A stretch of 64,000 nt of DNA from Camelus ferus (taxonomy: Eukaryota), in NCBI RefSeq assembly GCF_009834535.1, contig NC_045697.1, forward strand, positions 105,278,001-105,342,000, in the 5' to 3' direction. The position numbers and the translations under genes are program-made. Each line of letters opens with the position of its first letter. Position 1 is the first letter of the stretch. Below, in pieces: positions 12,643 to 26,500 of this stretch. The notes below the pieces were generated by a model that worked only from the letters and a program-made list of their open reading frames with translations, was not told where the DNA came from and ran no database searches.

Positions 12643-14604
12643 AAATACTGCTTTATTCCAAAAAATGTAAGGAGGCTAACCATAAAAATGCTACTTAACT
12701 TAATTCCAAATTCCTGGCAAAATAGACAACGTAAGCACCAATATATTTTTATTAACACAAATTCATTTTAATTTTAAGTTATGGAAATCTACTAGAGTCA
12801 ATGCTGAATTGATAGTTTGCCCAAACCAAAATAAGAAAACTTATTTAATAACAGAGGACTGTTTAAATAGACCAAAGTAAGATAATTATATATCTTACTT
12901 TGTATCTTTCATATATATGTATATAGACACACATATATGCATATATTCTAGAATATATAACACTGGAAAAATTTTATGAGCTACAGTAAATGCAAGTAGT
13001 TACAAAAAGACAGTCTCCACAAAAGTTTTCTACAAAGAATGTATCTTATTTTTATGAAGTAGAAGACTTGACTTTTAAGAAAAATGCATGTTGTTCCTAT
13101 AACTATATTCCTATATGAAAAGATCATCACTTTTACTCAAAAACAGACTTCCTGTAGGTGAGTAATAGTAGAGGGTATATTACCACTGTTCTTGATGACT
13201 TTACATGTTTTATCAAGATTTTATTGTTTTACAGGACAGAGTTTCACCCTAGGCCAACCCATGTACTGTAAATAAGGAACCATACCCTAGTGACGTCTCA
13301 TTATATGTAAAAAGGGAGCTACTCAATGGCATCTTTCACTTAGGGATGAAAATCTCTTTACCATTCCCTAAAATGAGCATTACACAGCTTGAAAAATTAT
13401 TACACAAATCACAAACTGTAAGTTATACACCTGGACATGAACAAATTATTTTAAGCCTACACAACCTTGCAAATATCCACTCACCCAACAAGGAGAAATA
13501 ATTGAAAAATATGAAACACATTTTCCAAAGGACTGTATTACAAAATATATTACATTATTCTGTGGGATAAATGGCTATAAAGGCATATTTAATGTTTCAA
13601 GCCTCTGCTAGGTATTTTAAAATAAAAAGATCCTGATATAAACCAATGATAGAAAGCTAATAATTATAGTAAAATACAGGTTTTTTTTTCAATAGTATGG
13701 GTGTACAAAGTATATCCATAAGAAACTTAGCTCACGAAGTTATTTTTATGAAAAAATCATAAAACTGCACCACACCCAATTATGTATGCTACAGGTCCGT
13801 CTCAATCAAGGATAGTTTCACTTTGGAAGTATGAAATTAAACAAATATTTTTGTAGCTAGGAGAAACATGAAAAGCTGAACAAAAACATTATACTCCAAA
13901 TAAGCAATGGAAAGTAAGAAGTGATTTGATGACTTCATGCTGAATTTATGCTATATTAAAAAATAAATAACTCAATCACATAACTAATATCACTATTTCA
14001 ACATAGGGGAGCAATCAAATAAGTTTTTAATGGAACTGAGCAAAATTCAACTACTACCAATTTAAATAATCAAAAATTTAAAAATGAGCTGACAATAAGA
14101 ATTATGTCAGAAATTGCCTAGATGTAAATGTTCTGCATAAAGTAAGGATCCTTCTCACAGTGCCCACCTGCTCCACAATTTATCAGTAAGATATGGAACA
14201 CCAGACTTCTCAAAGTGAGGTCCACTGGGGTTAAGTGAGGTTTACCAGAGATTAGAAGTCCCAAGAGAAACTGCAGCATGTCACCTTAGGTCTTTTACTT
14301 TATGAGTAGAATGCTTCCGAGAAAAGCATCTCAGACAAAAGCCCCCACGTACTGACGGGGCCCACATTCATCATCCCATTTCTGTCTCTTGGTCTTTATT
14401 CTATCTTTGGACCCCGACACCTTACCCAACTCCCACCCCCATGGGCAAATGACAAATGTGGTCCAAGCTGATCTAAAGTTCCAAGGTCCACCATGATCGC
14501 TGGGAGGATACTGGCAAGCTACCTACTAATAAAACACAAAGGTAAGAAAAACACTTTGAATAAAGAGGTTTTGGGGATTTTTTGTCAGAAATCTTAAGAA
14601 GAAA

Positions 14605-14830
14605 AGTAAAGTTTCAGCTTTGGAGATCAAATCCTGGACCTGCTACCTGACCCTGACCCTGACCCTGACCCTGACCCTGACCCTGACCCAATTAGTTAAC
14701 CCTTCTGAGCCTGTATTTCCTTCTTTTTAAAATGGGGACAGGGCCAATACCCACCACAATGGTGGGGGGGGGGGGTGTTAAATGACTCACGGGCATGAAG
14801 TTCTTAGCACAGAACCCAGCAAGAGGCTGG
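14605..14830 (+). mobile_element. MIR SINE relic containing a (TGACCC)7 expansion and a poly-G run
   Basis: CAAATCCTGG..TGACC..AGTTAACCCTTCTGAGCCTGTATTTCCT..TAAAATGGGGAC. Confidence 0.7.
14648..14689 (+). repeat. (TGACCC)7 hexamer array, read as (GGGTCA)7 / TCAGGG telomere-variant on the minus strand
   Basis: Seven perfect tandem units read directly from the sequence. Confidence 0.95.
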
Positions 14831-17800
14831 CGTTTCCTGACTGCCACTGTCAAGGTCTTGACTGTGAAAACAGCATAATAGTCCCATGAAAACCTCAAGA
14901 ATATACAATAAAACTCTCATCATGCAAGTTAACAGCATGAAAAGGGATAAAGTTTATAAAGTATTTTTACACATTATACACATCCAACGATGGAAGCCAC
15001 TGGGGCTGTCATAAGGAAAATACGCCCTCTGTGTATCAGAGAAAATTTTACTCAAAGTACCCAAAATACTGAGGAAACTAAAATCTGTTGTAAATGTACA
15101 GACGATTTTGCTAATTCCATTCAACTGTGTGTCCTGAATTTATATGTACTTTACATAATTTTGAAGAAAGCTATATGAACTATTTTCAATTGCTCATCTG
15201 AAGACAGACATCGGTGAAATAGACATCCCAGGTTAAAAAAGGAATATTACTTCAGGAGTTTTATCCATAAAGGTTGTAGATCGAGGCTGAGGCTTACTGA
15301 GCCACAGCTTTCTACATGTAAATATATTGGGAGCTTAATATAAATCTATCCACTGTAAGTTGGAATTTGCCAAAGAGAGACTCAGGAACCATATATTACC
15401 ATGACATTATTTCACAAACAAAAAGACCACTTCTTAAAGTAGCCTCATGTAGATGGCATACATCCCAAGGACAGACGTGTTTATAAAAATGCCGTCACAG
15501 TAGCATATGTGTGTGTCTGTATAAATAAAGTCTTGTTACCCAAATAAAAATGTAACTTTCCCACAGCTCTCTGGCCATTGACTCCAGTCAAATCTTACTT
15601 TGTAAATCTTTAAAATTAGGATCCATTCATTTCTGTAGTGAAAACATTACATAATGCAAGACAAGCCCATCTACCTACTGAAAAAATACCTATGCTTTTA
15701 AAAATCCTCCTCCTCCTCCTCTATAGTAAAAGGACTGATTCCTAAGGTGCATTTCTAAGTGACTAGACTATAAGTATTTTTCATAGGGTAGCTATAACAT
15801 GGAAAGGCTCCCCCCAAGTCATAACGTTATCAAAGTTAAGCAAATATAATGCACATATTGTTCCAAATATAAAGCAATTTTGTAACATCTAAAAAATCTT
15901 AATTTCTGCCTACAAGAATACAGGAAAATGCCAACATTACAAGCTTTTATGGTAAAGACAACAGAACCTCCATCAAAGGCTTTTATTTAACATTGATTAT
16001 TTCTGCTAAACTGTACATATTGATTGTTAATTTTTGTTGTTGTTGTTTATCAATCCCCATTATATCCTTTCCTTTTCAATTGTCATGTAAAAAGAAAATA
16101 CAACAGAAGTGTAACTCACTGTAGTTCGTGGCTGTTAAAATGAAAGTAAGGCACAGGCTCTGAAGGTGAGGAGTGGGTCAAAGGGATAAACACTCTGAGA
16201 TCAGAAACTTTCACTGCCCAGTTTATAGAGTATTATTATAAGAGAAAACCACAAACAAGTATCCTTAAATTATGAAAATGCACTGAAAGTGTTCTCTTTC
16301 AAAAGGGCTATATTTATTCTACTATGTGTTCCCAATACAAGGTAAACCCCTTATTAAAATGCCATGCCTCAGTTATTTGTTTCCTAAATTTAAATTATAC
16401 AAAACTGCTTAATCACTGAGGTTTCTAAAAGTAGTAGGTCCTAGATCTCAAGGAAAAAAAATCTTCCATCTTCAAGACACTTATAGCTGTGCTTATACTG
16501 GCCCATTAGAGTACTTGGCCAATAAGTTTATATATAATTGCCAATTTCCTTGACACACCAGAATAAGCATACCAGTAACAGTATTTCCATAAACCAACTT
16601 TGGTCTAGAAAAAGGGAAAGTAGATGAAACAAAAACACTGAGCAGATGATATAAAATAAGCTAAACCACAACTCACAAAAAAGACCACAAAAAAAAAAAA
16701 AAAAAACCAAAAATGCTAGGTAGGGATCATAGAAATGCTTGCTAAGTTATAAAAGATGCCTATCTTTCAAGCATCATTCCTTTGGATCATCGCATCAGGA
16801 GAGAGCTGCATAAAGGAGGAAGTCATGCTAGAATGAAAGGATAAATGAATTGCTTTTTCTAACCTGTAACTGTGGTCCAACTTCCTTACAGTTTCTATTA
16901 ATTTTCTTTTCTGGCCCATTCTATTTGGATATCATCTGAAAAGATAATAAGCCAGTTGTCTCAGAACAACTGTACTCAGTTTCTGACCAAATGTGTTTAG
17001 TTCTCTGCCTTGCCCTTGCTGTAACTATTTAAAAAAGAAAAGAAAAGAAAAAAAGCTAATCATCTGAACACCTCATAACTACAATTTATTGAACCACATG
17101 GTCCTTACACATTCCTAATAGAAGTTAAGATGTTTATCGCCTATAATTCCTACACCCCCTTGGGTTACATAAAGGATCTGTACCTCTCCCCAAACAAAAG
17201 GATTCTCGCTACCTTCAGTTTTCACCACTTGAAATTGGCAAATGCAGCTATAAAACTAGAAGGTAAACAAATGAGTACCAATAAACTTTATACATACCAA
17301 AGTAAGTTAATAATCATCATGTCAGCTTTTCACTACTGTTCAAGAATCAGAATTTATTTATTTATTTATTTTAAAGAGGATATGATGGTATTGGTGGAGG
17401 TCTAGGAGACTTAAGAGTCAGCTCCCATTTTTCCCCATGTTTTAGGTGCCCCAGCCCTTTGAGAAACAGCTGTACAACCAATCCTCTCCTACATGTACAG
17501 ATACACAGAATGTCAGATATCACTTCAAGAAGTTCATAGAAACCCCCAAATTAATAATCGATCAACTGTGAAATTGGCAATGGCAGGTGTAGGGGGAACC
17601 AAATCTCTACACACAATCAGTCGGATCAGCCTGTGTAATTGCTTATGGGGGCCGGAGACAGGTGAGCACTCGGGATGGGCGACCGAGGCAGGTGGGGATG
17701 GGTAAGGGCCAGTGGTGCAGCAGGGCCCCTCGGTTTGCTCTGTTCACTTAGAATCAGGAAGCAAAGGTAGCAAAATAAAGTGGAAGGACATTCTTAGTGA

Positions 17801-18192
17801 CAGTGGCTAGGAAGAAGTGGAACTTTCTCAGGCAGCCTGTTCAAGCACAAAAGTGTAGATGGGCTACTGTAAGTCATTCAGTAAAACTGTGGCAATACAA
17901 AGGAATTTTCATCTCCCCCTGCTTCACACTTCGTCATCATTTTGCTTATTTCGCATCAAGCACTATAGAGAAGAACTTAATAAAAATAAAACTAATTATA
18001 CTGTTAGCACTATTCATTTATAGACACACGGACACATAAGGAAACCATATCAGTGTTTTTCTTCACATGATGGTGTGTGCTTTCTTCTTTAAACAAAACC
18101 AAAAATAAGCTTCAGCTGTAACTGGATCATAGTCACACGGGTCACGGTCCTTACACCACGGAGCCACAGTTCAAGTAAGCTCACTAATTTCT

Positions 18193-18780
18193 CTCTTTTT
18201 TTGTATGTATATGTATGTGTGTGTGTGTGTGTGTGTGTGTATTTACTGAAGGATAGTCAGTTTACAATGTTGTGTCAATTTCTGGTGTACAGCACAGTGC
18301 TTCAGTCACACAGGAACATACACATATATTCATTTTCATACTCTTTTTCACCATAGCTTACTACAAGATACTGAATATAGTTCCCTGTGCTATACAGTAT
18401 TACCTTGTTGTTTTTTTTTTATATATTAGTATCTGCAAATCTCAAACTCTCAATTTATCCCTTCCCATTCCCTTTCCCCTGGTACCTATAAGTTTGTTTT
18501 CTATGTTTGTAAGTCTGTTTCTGTTTTGTAAATAAGTTCATTTGTGTGTGTCTCTCTCTCTCTCTTTTTAAAGATTCCACATATAAGTGTTCTCGGGTAT
18601 TTTTCTTTCTCTTTCTGGCTTACTTCACTTAGAATGATGATCTCCAGGTCCAACCATGTTGTTGCAAATGGCGTTATTTCATTCTTTTTTAATGTCTCAG
18701 TAGTATTCCATTATAAACATAACATAGCTTCTTTATCCAGTCATCTGTCGATGGACATTTATGTTGTTTCCATGTCTTGG
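18193..18780 (-). mobile_element. 5'-truncated LINE-1 with a (TG)n microsatellite in the tail
   Basis: L1 3'UTR/ORF2-end sequence. Flanking direct repeat CTAATTTCT at 18184-18192 and 18781-18789. Confidence 0.9.
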
Positions 18781-20506
18781 CTAATTTCTTACCTGATGCT
18801 ATGGCTTGTACAGGATCTTACTGTGACGCTCTCAGGAAAGCAAAACAACTCAGCCAAATGCATCACAAAAACTGCATTGTAATTAGAAGTATACTTCCTT
18901 CAGGAACAAACCTACTTTCCCTGAAGAACTTTTTTTTTATTAATGTATAGGCATCTGATATATGAACTAAGATTAATCATCCCTGTTTGGATTTAGGGTG
19001 TATTTGGGTTTTAAACAGAATCACGCTTTTGAATCACTATTTGTTAGAAGGTTCTTGGACTCTGGACTATTCCAGTTCCCACAGGAATTGATTGGATTGA
19101 CATAAGAGAATTTAAAAAACAAAAAAAAAAACAAAAAAACCTAAGTGCTAGGTGCCAGGTATTTCAACAGGAGTTTTCATGTAAGTTTTCATCTTAATTA
19201 TATCATGCTCACATCTTCTGCACCAGGACATTAAATACAGGTTGACAAGAAATTGTATGTTAGACCCATGAAATCCTAGGCTCCCACAGGTGTCACCCTC
19301 GTAGACAGCCTCCTCAGGATGCCACTCAACGCCTGCCGCAGCATCAACGCCCTGGGACTGTAAATATCCCCGTATGCATCTTCCTCCCTCCCTGGGCTGT
19401 GAGTTCCTTGAAGGCAGAAACCACACATTAACGATGGTGTATTCTGGCGCCTGATAATAAGTCTCTGCTGAATTAAAAAAAAAAAAATGAAGTGTTTGTT
19501 TATAGATGACCTAAGAGAAGTTAGGGATTTAAAGAAAGCAAAGATAATGCCAATCAAGGGGCAAATCAAGAATGAATTTTCAATGAGAAGAAAGAAACTG
19601 AATTGACAACCCACATCACTGACGCAGGATGAATTTCGAAATGCGATTCCTCCGTAACAGAATAAAAGTCCTAAATCTTTCATCACTTGGAAGAAAAATC
19701 TCTCCACGATGCTATTCTCTTCTTTCTTAAATGTAATGTAATTCAACATTCTGCCAATGGCTCGGTAATTATTGTGAACATCAGTTATCATCCAGAGCTC
19801 TGCAGGCAGCTGTAAGTGCAGATGCCGTAAACCAAGGAGTGGGAGAACCATAGCAAAACTTGTCTGAGCTGCAGCTCTGCAGGCTGATGCCCTCAAAGAC
19901 CTCCGACACCGTCCTCTTCCAGCCTCCTCAGATACGCTGCCATTAATGGAAAATCAAGTGCTCTATAATTTCCATCTCAGCCCTAACGCCTTATCATCTG
20001 TATCTCAGACAAGTTCAATCTCTCAGGCCCACCATCTCTTCAAGTGTAAAGTCTGCGATGATACCACCTATCACAGAGCGACAGTCAACACCCAGTAACT
20101 TCAGGGCCCTTCCTCTCCATTCTTACAAGGGGCACCTCACCTTTAAGGTTACTGAGATACAGGTGGCCATATTTTATGGACCCCAAATTGGGGGACCTAA
20201 CTGTGCAACTAGACTAATATTTAAAATATAAATCTCCTGGGAAGTGCAGGGTACAGGGCTTACCCCGGGACTGCAAGCTGTCCGCATTACTGCCTTTTAT
20301 TTAAAGGCCGTCTGAGTCTGTATCTCTATATTGGCTATTATTCTTTTATTTCCATTCATTTATAATATTGTATATATTCATCCCTGCGTTCACAAAAGTT
20401 TTGGGGTATCAGGCATCATGCTCTGAGATGACAGCAGGGAAGAAACGGGCACCATTTTCACTGCTATGGAACTGACAATCTAGACTCTTGAGCAAGAAAG
20501 AGGTAC

Positions 20507-20808
20507 TTTTTTTAACTGAGGTATAGTTGATTTACAATATTATTAGTTTCAGGTGCACAACATAGTGCTTCAATACTTGTATAGATTATACTTCATTTAA
20601 AGTTATTTTAAAATGTTGGCTATACTCCCCGTGCCATACAATATATCCTTGTAGCTTATTTATTTTGTACATAGCAGTTTGTATCTCCTAATCCCCGCCC
20701 CCCATGCTGCCCCTCCCCCTCCCCTCTCCCCACTGATGACCACTAGTTTGATCTCTGTATCTGTGAGTCTGCTTCTGCTTTGTATATTCATTCCTTTATT
20801 TTTTAGAT
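20507..20808 (-). mobile_element. LINE-1 3'UTR fragment
   Basis: TGAGGTATAGTTGATTTACAATATT..GACCACTAGTTTG..TTTTTAGAT. Confidence 0.9.
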
Positions 20809-22579
20809 CAAGAAGATATGGTGTAGGTATATATTCAAGAAAGAGGTCTTTAACTAGACAATTACCCAAATAATTACAATTGTGATAACTGCTGTGGGGT
20901 ATAAGAGAGAGTGTCACATTCTAGGAAAATCAGATACAGCAGAGGTAGAGGACGAGCCAGGAGCTGGAAGGGCCTCCGAGGAATGCACACTTCAGCAGAG
21001 GGCGAAGGAGACCCTCGCGGTCCCCGCACCAAGGCTCCCATGATGTGTCTGTTTACTGCCTCTTCCTACATTTCCTTCCGCAACTTTTCATTCTCTCCAC
21101 GATCCCTCTCCCTCCTGACACTGCACCAGTGGGATATGGCTGAAGGCGGCCAGATGTTAATTGGAAGATGCTGCTCTGTATCTCCTCTGTAAAGCTGACA
21201 GCTGCTTCCCCTTTCTGGGCTCCATCTGTGAAATGGGAGGACACGTGCCCTGAGCACCTCATACAGAGACCCTTGTGTGTGCAGTGACAGATGCCAGAGG
21301 TCGTGGGGACTTCAAGGCTACTCAACAGTGTGAACTTACTTTTCTTACTCTATTTGCCCTTTCTCTCGTCCTTCTGTCTTCTTATCTCTAGTGGTCACTT
21401 AACTGCTGTTAGTGTTCTCTGAATGAATAGTTATCTTAGAGATTTCCAAGTCAGGATTCTGACCCATCACTACATGACTCGCCCTCCTTCCATTTTCCAG
21501 CCACTCATTTACTTAATAGACCTTCAAAACATGTCTGCTGTGGATCAAAGTCACAGGCATGAGGGGTTAGGATTCAAAAAATGAAAATAAAGCACCAATC
21601 GTAACAATTAACATTGATTTTTCATATGTATCTCTGTACCAGGTCTCACCTATAATTTCAAAGAAGTACAAATACCCTCCTACCCAAACTGCATATTCAA
21701 TCTCAAGCACCAATGAAAAAAAAATGGTGCATTTGAGATAGAAAACTCTTCTAAAAAACCCAACATTTCAAAATTAATGCCTAATTAATTTTACTCAGTA
21801 ATATTTTAATTCAGTCAAATGGATTTACACTTCGTCTTGAATAATCAGCTTTCGTAACTTCTGAGTAACAGGACCAGTTAATAAGTTGATACCTATTTGT
21901 TTGCTCATCTGTTAAATGGCATAATATTTATGACCTCCATAAAGTCACCAGAAGAAAACTTCTATAGAACATCAGATACAATGCTCTATACCTTCGTTCT
22001 CCTCTCCTCAGACTTCTTGTATTTCTTGATTAATACTACTGAGTAAGCAGTGGGACTTCACCACACCGCTACACTTTGGTTTGCTGGAAACCACATGCAC
22101 TCTTCTCCCATGCTCTGACTGACTAATGCATTGCTTTGGGGAGCACTGAAGCCCATCAGTTTGCATCAGAGGATCGGAGATTACAAGAGTCAATGTAAAA
22201 AGAAATATTTAGGGAAATGTAATCCTCTTTGCTCCCGTGAATGGTAATGTTTCGTGAGCTACATTGAAACTGGTGTGTTCCTGGAGTAGTTTGGCGCCAA
22301 GTGCAATGACAGTGCACTGTACTTTAAAGCAGCAGGGTGAACTCAGAATTTATATTAGATGCCTCATTTGTGCTCTTAATAATTATTAATAATACATGCA
22401 TTTTCTTATAAAGGCAAAAACCTCAACTCACTGAATAACATCTGTATGCATAATACTAACATGTTTCAAAACTATTTCCCCCATTTTATCTTTACAGTAA
22501 TTTCTTAAGTCAATGGTTACTGTCATCATATGACACATCTATGAGGTGCTGGTTAAACTCGCTCTAAAATACCCATCTG

Positions 22580-22905
22580 AAAGAAGTTGTGGTATCTTTA
22601 TATGAAGGAATACTACTCAGCCATAAAAAGTAATAAAATAATAAAATAATGCCATTTGCAGCAACATGGATGGACCTGGAGATTGTCATTTCATCTACAA
22701 AACAGAAACAGATTTGCAGACATAGTATACAATCCTATGGTTACTGGGGAAAGGGGGTGGGAAGGGATAAATTTGGGAGTTTGAGATTTAGAAATGTTAG
22801 CCACTATATATAAAAATACATTTTTAAAAAACTTCTTCTGTATAGCACAAAGAACTATGTTCAATATCTTATAATAACCTTTAATGAAAAATAATATGAA
22901 AATGA

Positions 22906-22938
<33 letters not shown>

Positions 22939-23037
22939 TGTATGTATGTATATGCATGACTAGGACATTGTGCTGAACAGCAGAAACTGACACACTGTAA
23001 CTGACTATATTTCAATAAAAAATAATAAAAATAAAAT
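22580..23037 (+). mobile_element. 5'-truncated LINE-1 with (TATG)n and an A-rich tail
   Basis: Perfect 14-bp TSD AAAATACCCATCTG at 22566-22579 and 23038-23051; L1 ORF2 end and 3'UTR. Confidence 0.95.
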
Positions 23038-23074
23038 AAAATACCCATCTGCTCAACCCCCCCACCCCACCAAG

Positions 23075-23535
23075 GCCTTATTTGTACCATGCATCCTTTT
23101 GGCAATCTGGTAAAGTCTATGGACCTCTTCTTGGAAATACATGGTTTTCTTAGTGTATAACTAGATTACACAGAAAACAAATAGATTGACAGTTATCAAA
23201 ATATTTTAAAATGTGATACAGTAATGTACTGCTTTATTAATCTTTTAAATAACAAGATCCAGTGTGGGTCTAATAAATACTGTAATTTTAAAGTAGTGAT
23301 GAGCTTAAATATTTTGAGATATGTACAACAACTATAGTGTGACATGAAAACATCTGTGACTTCTATCAGTGGCAAAGTCATGGGCTGTCAATACTACTAT
23401 GGTTTGTTGCCTGCATTCAGAATTAAGGGAAATGCTAAATTTCAGTTAGATATTAGTGAAAATAAAAGTGTAATTATTTCCCTCATCCCAGCTCATGAAC
23501 TATTGGAAATTCCACCAACTCCACTGGGACCCTTG
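23075..23535. mobile_element. MER119-like hAT-Charlie element
   Basis: CCTTTTGGCAATCTGGTAAAGTCTATGGACCTCTTC..ACAGTTATCAAAATATT..GGAAATGCTAAATTTCAGTTAGA matches the recalled MER119 consensus. Confidence 0.75.
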
Positions 23536-26500
23536 CCAACTGTCATAACAAAGTTCATCAATTTATAAATTGGCCACAGAAGTTTCAACGTGTTTCAATA
23601 CATGACAAAAAAAGTTGTCCTTAATATCAGTATCAAAAGCTAAAGGTCAAACAAACAAACAAAAAAGCCAGAAAATTCTACATTTCATAAATCCAAAACT
23701 TTTATTTCCCAACCTCCACCAGTCTTAATTTTTCCAAATCTTTATATAAATCTCTAAAAAGATTTCAGGAAATAAAGAATTTTTAAAAACGTAGTGTTCT
23801 GAAAACATGTATTTTGGTTTCTAAATCAAAGAAAAAGGTAACATAGCAGGTGTATCCACACACAAGGATGTTAAAGGGTGCATTTGTTTCCATGTTTTTT
23901 CTCCCCAAATCCTCTCTCCTGGGCATTCTGCCCCACCGTACGCAACCTTCCCCGAGAATTTTGTAACACACTGCTTGCTCCCTGACTTCAGTAGCATCCA
24001 AGGTACCTCATGTAGTGAGACCTCAAAATAGCCCCAAATTCATTCCTTGTAGACATGGAGACCAGTTCCTGAACCCAAAACAAACAGACATGGTTTGACA
24101 AGCATGAGTATAGTTGTGGGGACAACTAGACAAAATTCTTGGTATCAGGAGACTCATGGAAAACCTATAAGGAACAAGTCAATGCACACAGAGGCAAGTT
24201 CTTTCTCCTCCTAAAGATAAGGTTGACCTTCCAGGGCTGTAATTGGGATACATGCCCGCTCTACATGCTGTACAGTGAAGGGAGATTAAGCCTTTCACCA
24301 ATTATGTGATTGAAGTGTGAAGGAATTTTTTAAGTAATTTCAGCCATTTTCTTTTTTTACACACTTGTTTTTTAGAAGGATTAAAATATTCTAGAAGATA
24401 TACTAGAAGAGAAAAAAGTTGCTGGCTCTAAAATTCATTTATAAATTTCCAGATACAAGTCCTGATTTAGTAAAACCTAAACTGATAAATTCAATCCAAA
24501 GGAATGTGTCTATTCTTTCTCATCTGCTCACAAGCCCCCTCATATATGAGGCAAAGATAAGATCAATCAAATCATCAAAATTTCTGATTTCCTCTTTCTC
24601 CTGCATACTTAAATTCAGAGTGATTACATTCCACCTTGAATATCAAAAGCTAAAATTAAAAAAAAAAAAAACCTCTTTTAGAACTACAATAAAAATGAAT
24701 TTTTAAGAACATCAATTCAAACAGTGAAAGTTTGGATTTTATTAAAACAATAGGTAGATGTACAATCACACTGGCAATGTGATTTCAACACCAATCTACA
24801 AAAGAAGCCATCACGACTTATTTTCTATAATGTTATGCTAACACTGCATGATCCATTAGTAAGTAAAACACAGCCCTTATAAAATTCAGAAACTATGTTA
24901 CATTCCATGAACACAGCCTTGAGTTTTGTCACCTCTAAGATTATCCATTTTAAAAAGTCCATGTTACTTGAAAAGGGCAAAAAGGTTCTAGTACCTCTAC
25001 ATTTGAGTCACTGTCCCATATATATGTAATAAAATGGATTTGTCATGAGACTTTGCTACATTTCAAAAGCTACCTAAAAATTAAGTGGTGGTTTCCAACA
25101 AATGAACACAACTGAGCTGTTATAGCAACCCAAATATTAGACACAAACTTCCAATATACTGTGATTGTTCTGTTGGTCTAGATCAGATTACATAAATACT
25201 ATCATCATGTTAAACCAACAATGCCACCAGTTACCTGGAACCTATAAAATATTAAAAACTTTAAAGGTACTCTCAAACTGAAAAAAAAGTCTTATTAAAA
25301 TTCAGCTTGGGTTTAATATGAAAAATGTTAACGCACCAAAAGAATTCGAGCTAAGCAATCATGAATGAATAGATATTATCCTGAAATTTAAGACAAGCTG
25401 CTGGATTGAATGATGAGACCGTCAGCTTGAGTTCTTCAGTTCATTAGCTTAACCACAATCTCAACCTAATATCCATAAAGTCACAAAGGCAAATGTAATA
25501 TACCTTCTAAGTTGAGAGAACTACACAAATTTTTCATTAGCCACATCGTGAAGGATTTATGTTCAGCATTACTTTAGTGACGGCAAAGAGATAACTAGAA
25601 AAATCTTTGAGGAGGAAGTTAAGTTTTTCAAAAAACATGAAAAACCTGTTTTCCTTATGTTGAATGCAAACACACTAGAAAACAGAAATACATCCCTCTT
25701 TAAAAACAACAACAAGAAAATACGAAAAACTGCAAATTACCCAATATGCATCCACCCAGAGACACACACCTGCCCTCCTGCTGTGTTTCCCCTACCACCT
25801 ACCCAGACGCCAAAGCCAGGTCCCAGCATCATCCCTGAACTCTCTCTTCTCCCCAAACCCCCGCCATCGATCACTCACCGAGGCCCACTGATTCCACTTA
25901 AGTGTCTCCCACTTGTCCTGATACCCTCGTGGGGGCATGGCCACACCTCTCCCCACACGAGGCCAGTCCCCCGTCCTCTCCCTCTTCTCCACTGACACCC
26001 CTGCTCAGGCTCGCAGGCAGTCTCTCACCGCCGAGCCTCCGCACACTTCTGGTTTCACCTTAACGTCACTTCCTGTTGGGAGATGAAGAGTTCTAACTTC
26101 TCCGGCTGGGACGTGATTTTCATATTAAGAAAGTGTTTCCATGGAACTACTACCTCCTCATTGAAAAGAACCCAGGGAAGGGGGTAGAACCCTGAGCTGT
26201 GCAGTAGCACTTTCCATGGCAGTGGTTATTTTTAGCCCCTCCTGTCCCCTGACCCATCTCTGCTGTTGTTACCATTACATCACCATTATTTTAAATAATA
26301 ATAATGAGTAACCAACAGTGGCATGGTTTTATAATTCATAAAATTAACATGGCACCTTGACATACACAATCACAAAGTGAATCCTTCCCGGGTCCCAGTT
26401 ACACCGAGCACGTTGTGAGTCCTCCGCATTCTATCACTAGATAACGGATGGCCCGTTAAACATGGGTGAGGGAGGAACAGCAGAAATCTGGGGACTGGGT

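Noticed and set aside
14648..14689. Interstitial telomere or chromosome-fusion scar
   Set aside because: No canonical TTAGGG units, no head-to-head arrangement, and it is embedded in a MIR core.
16890..16935. 46-nt minus-strand exon-like segment (ttttcag...|gtaagg)
   Set aside because: Stops in all three frames and length not 3n. At best a non-coding or poison pseudo-exon.
19276..19896. 206-aa minus-strand ORF
   Set aside because: Non-ATG start, runs through a mononucleotide run and probable L2-derived sequence, no recognisable domain and no clear splice boundaries. Likely chance.
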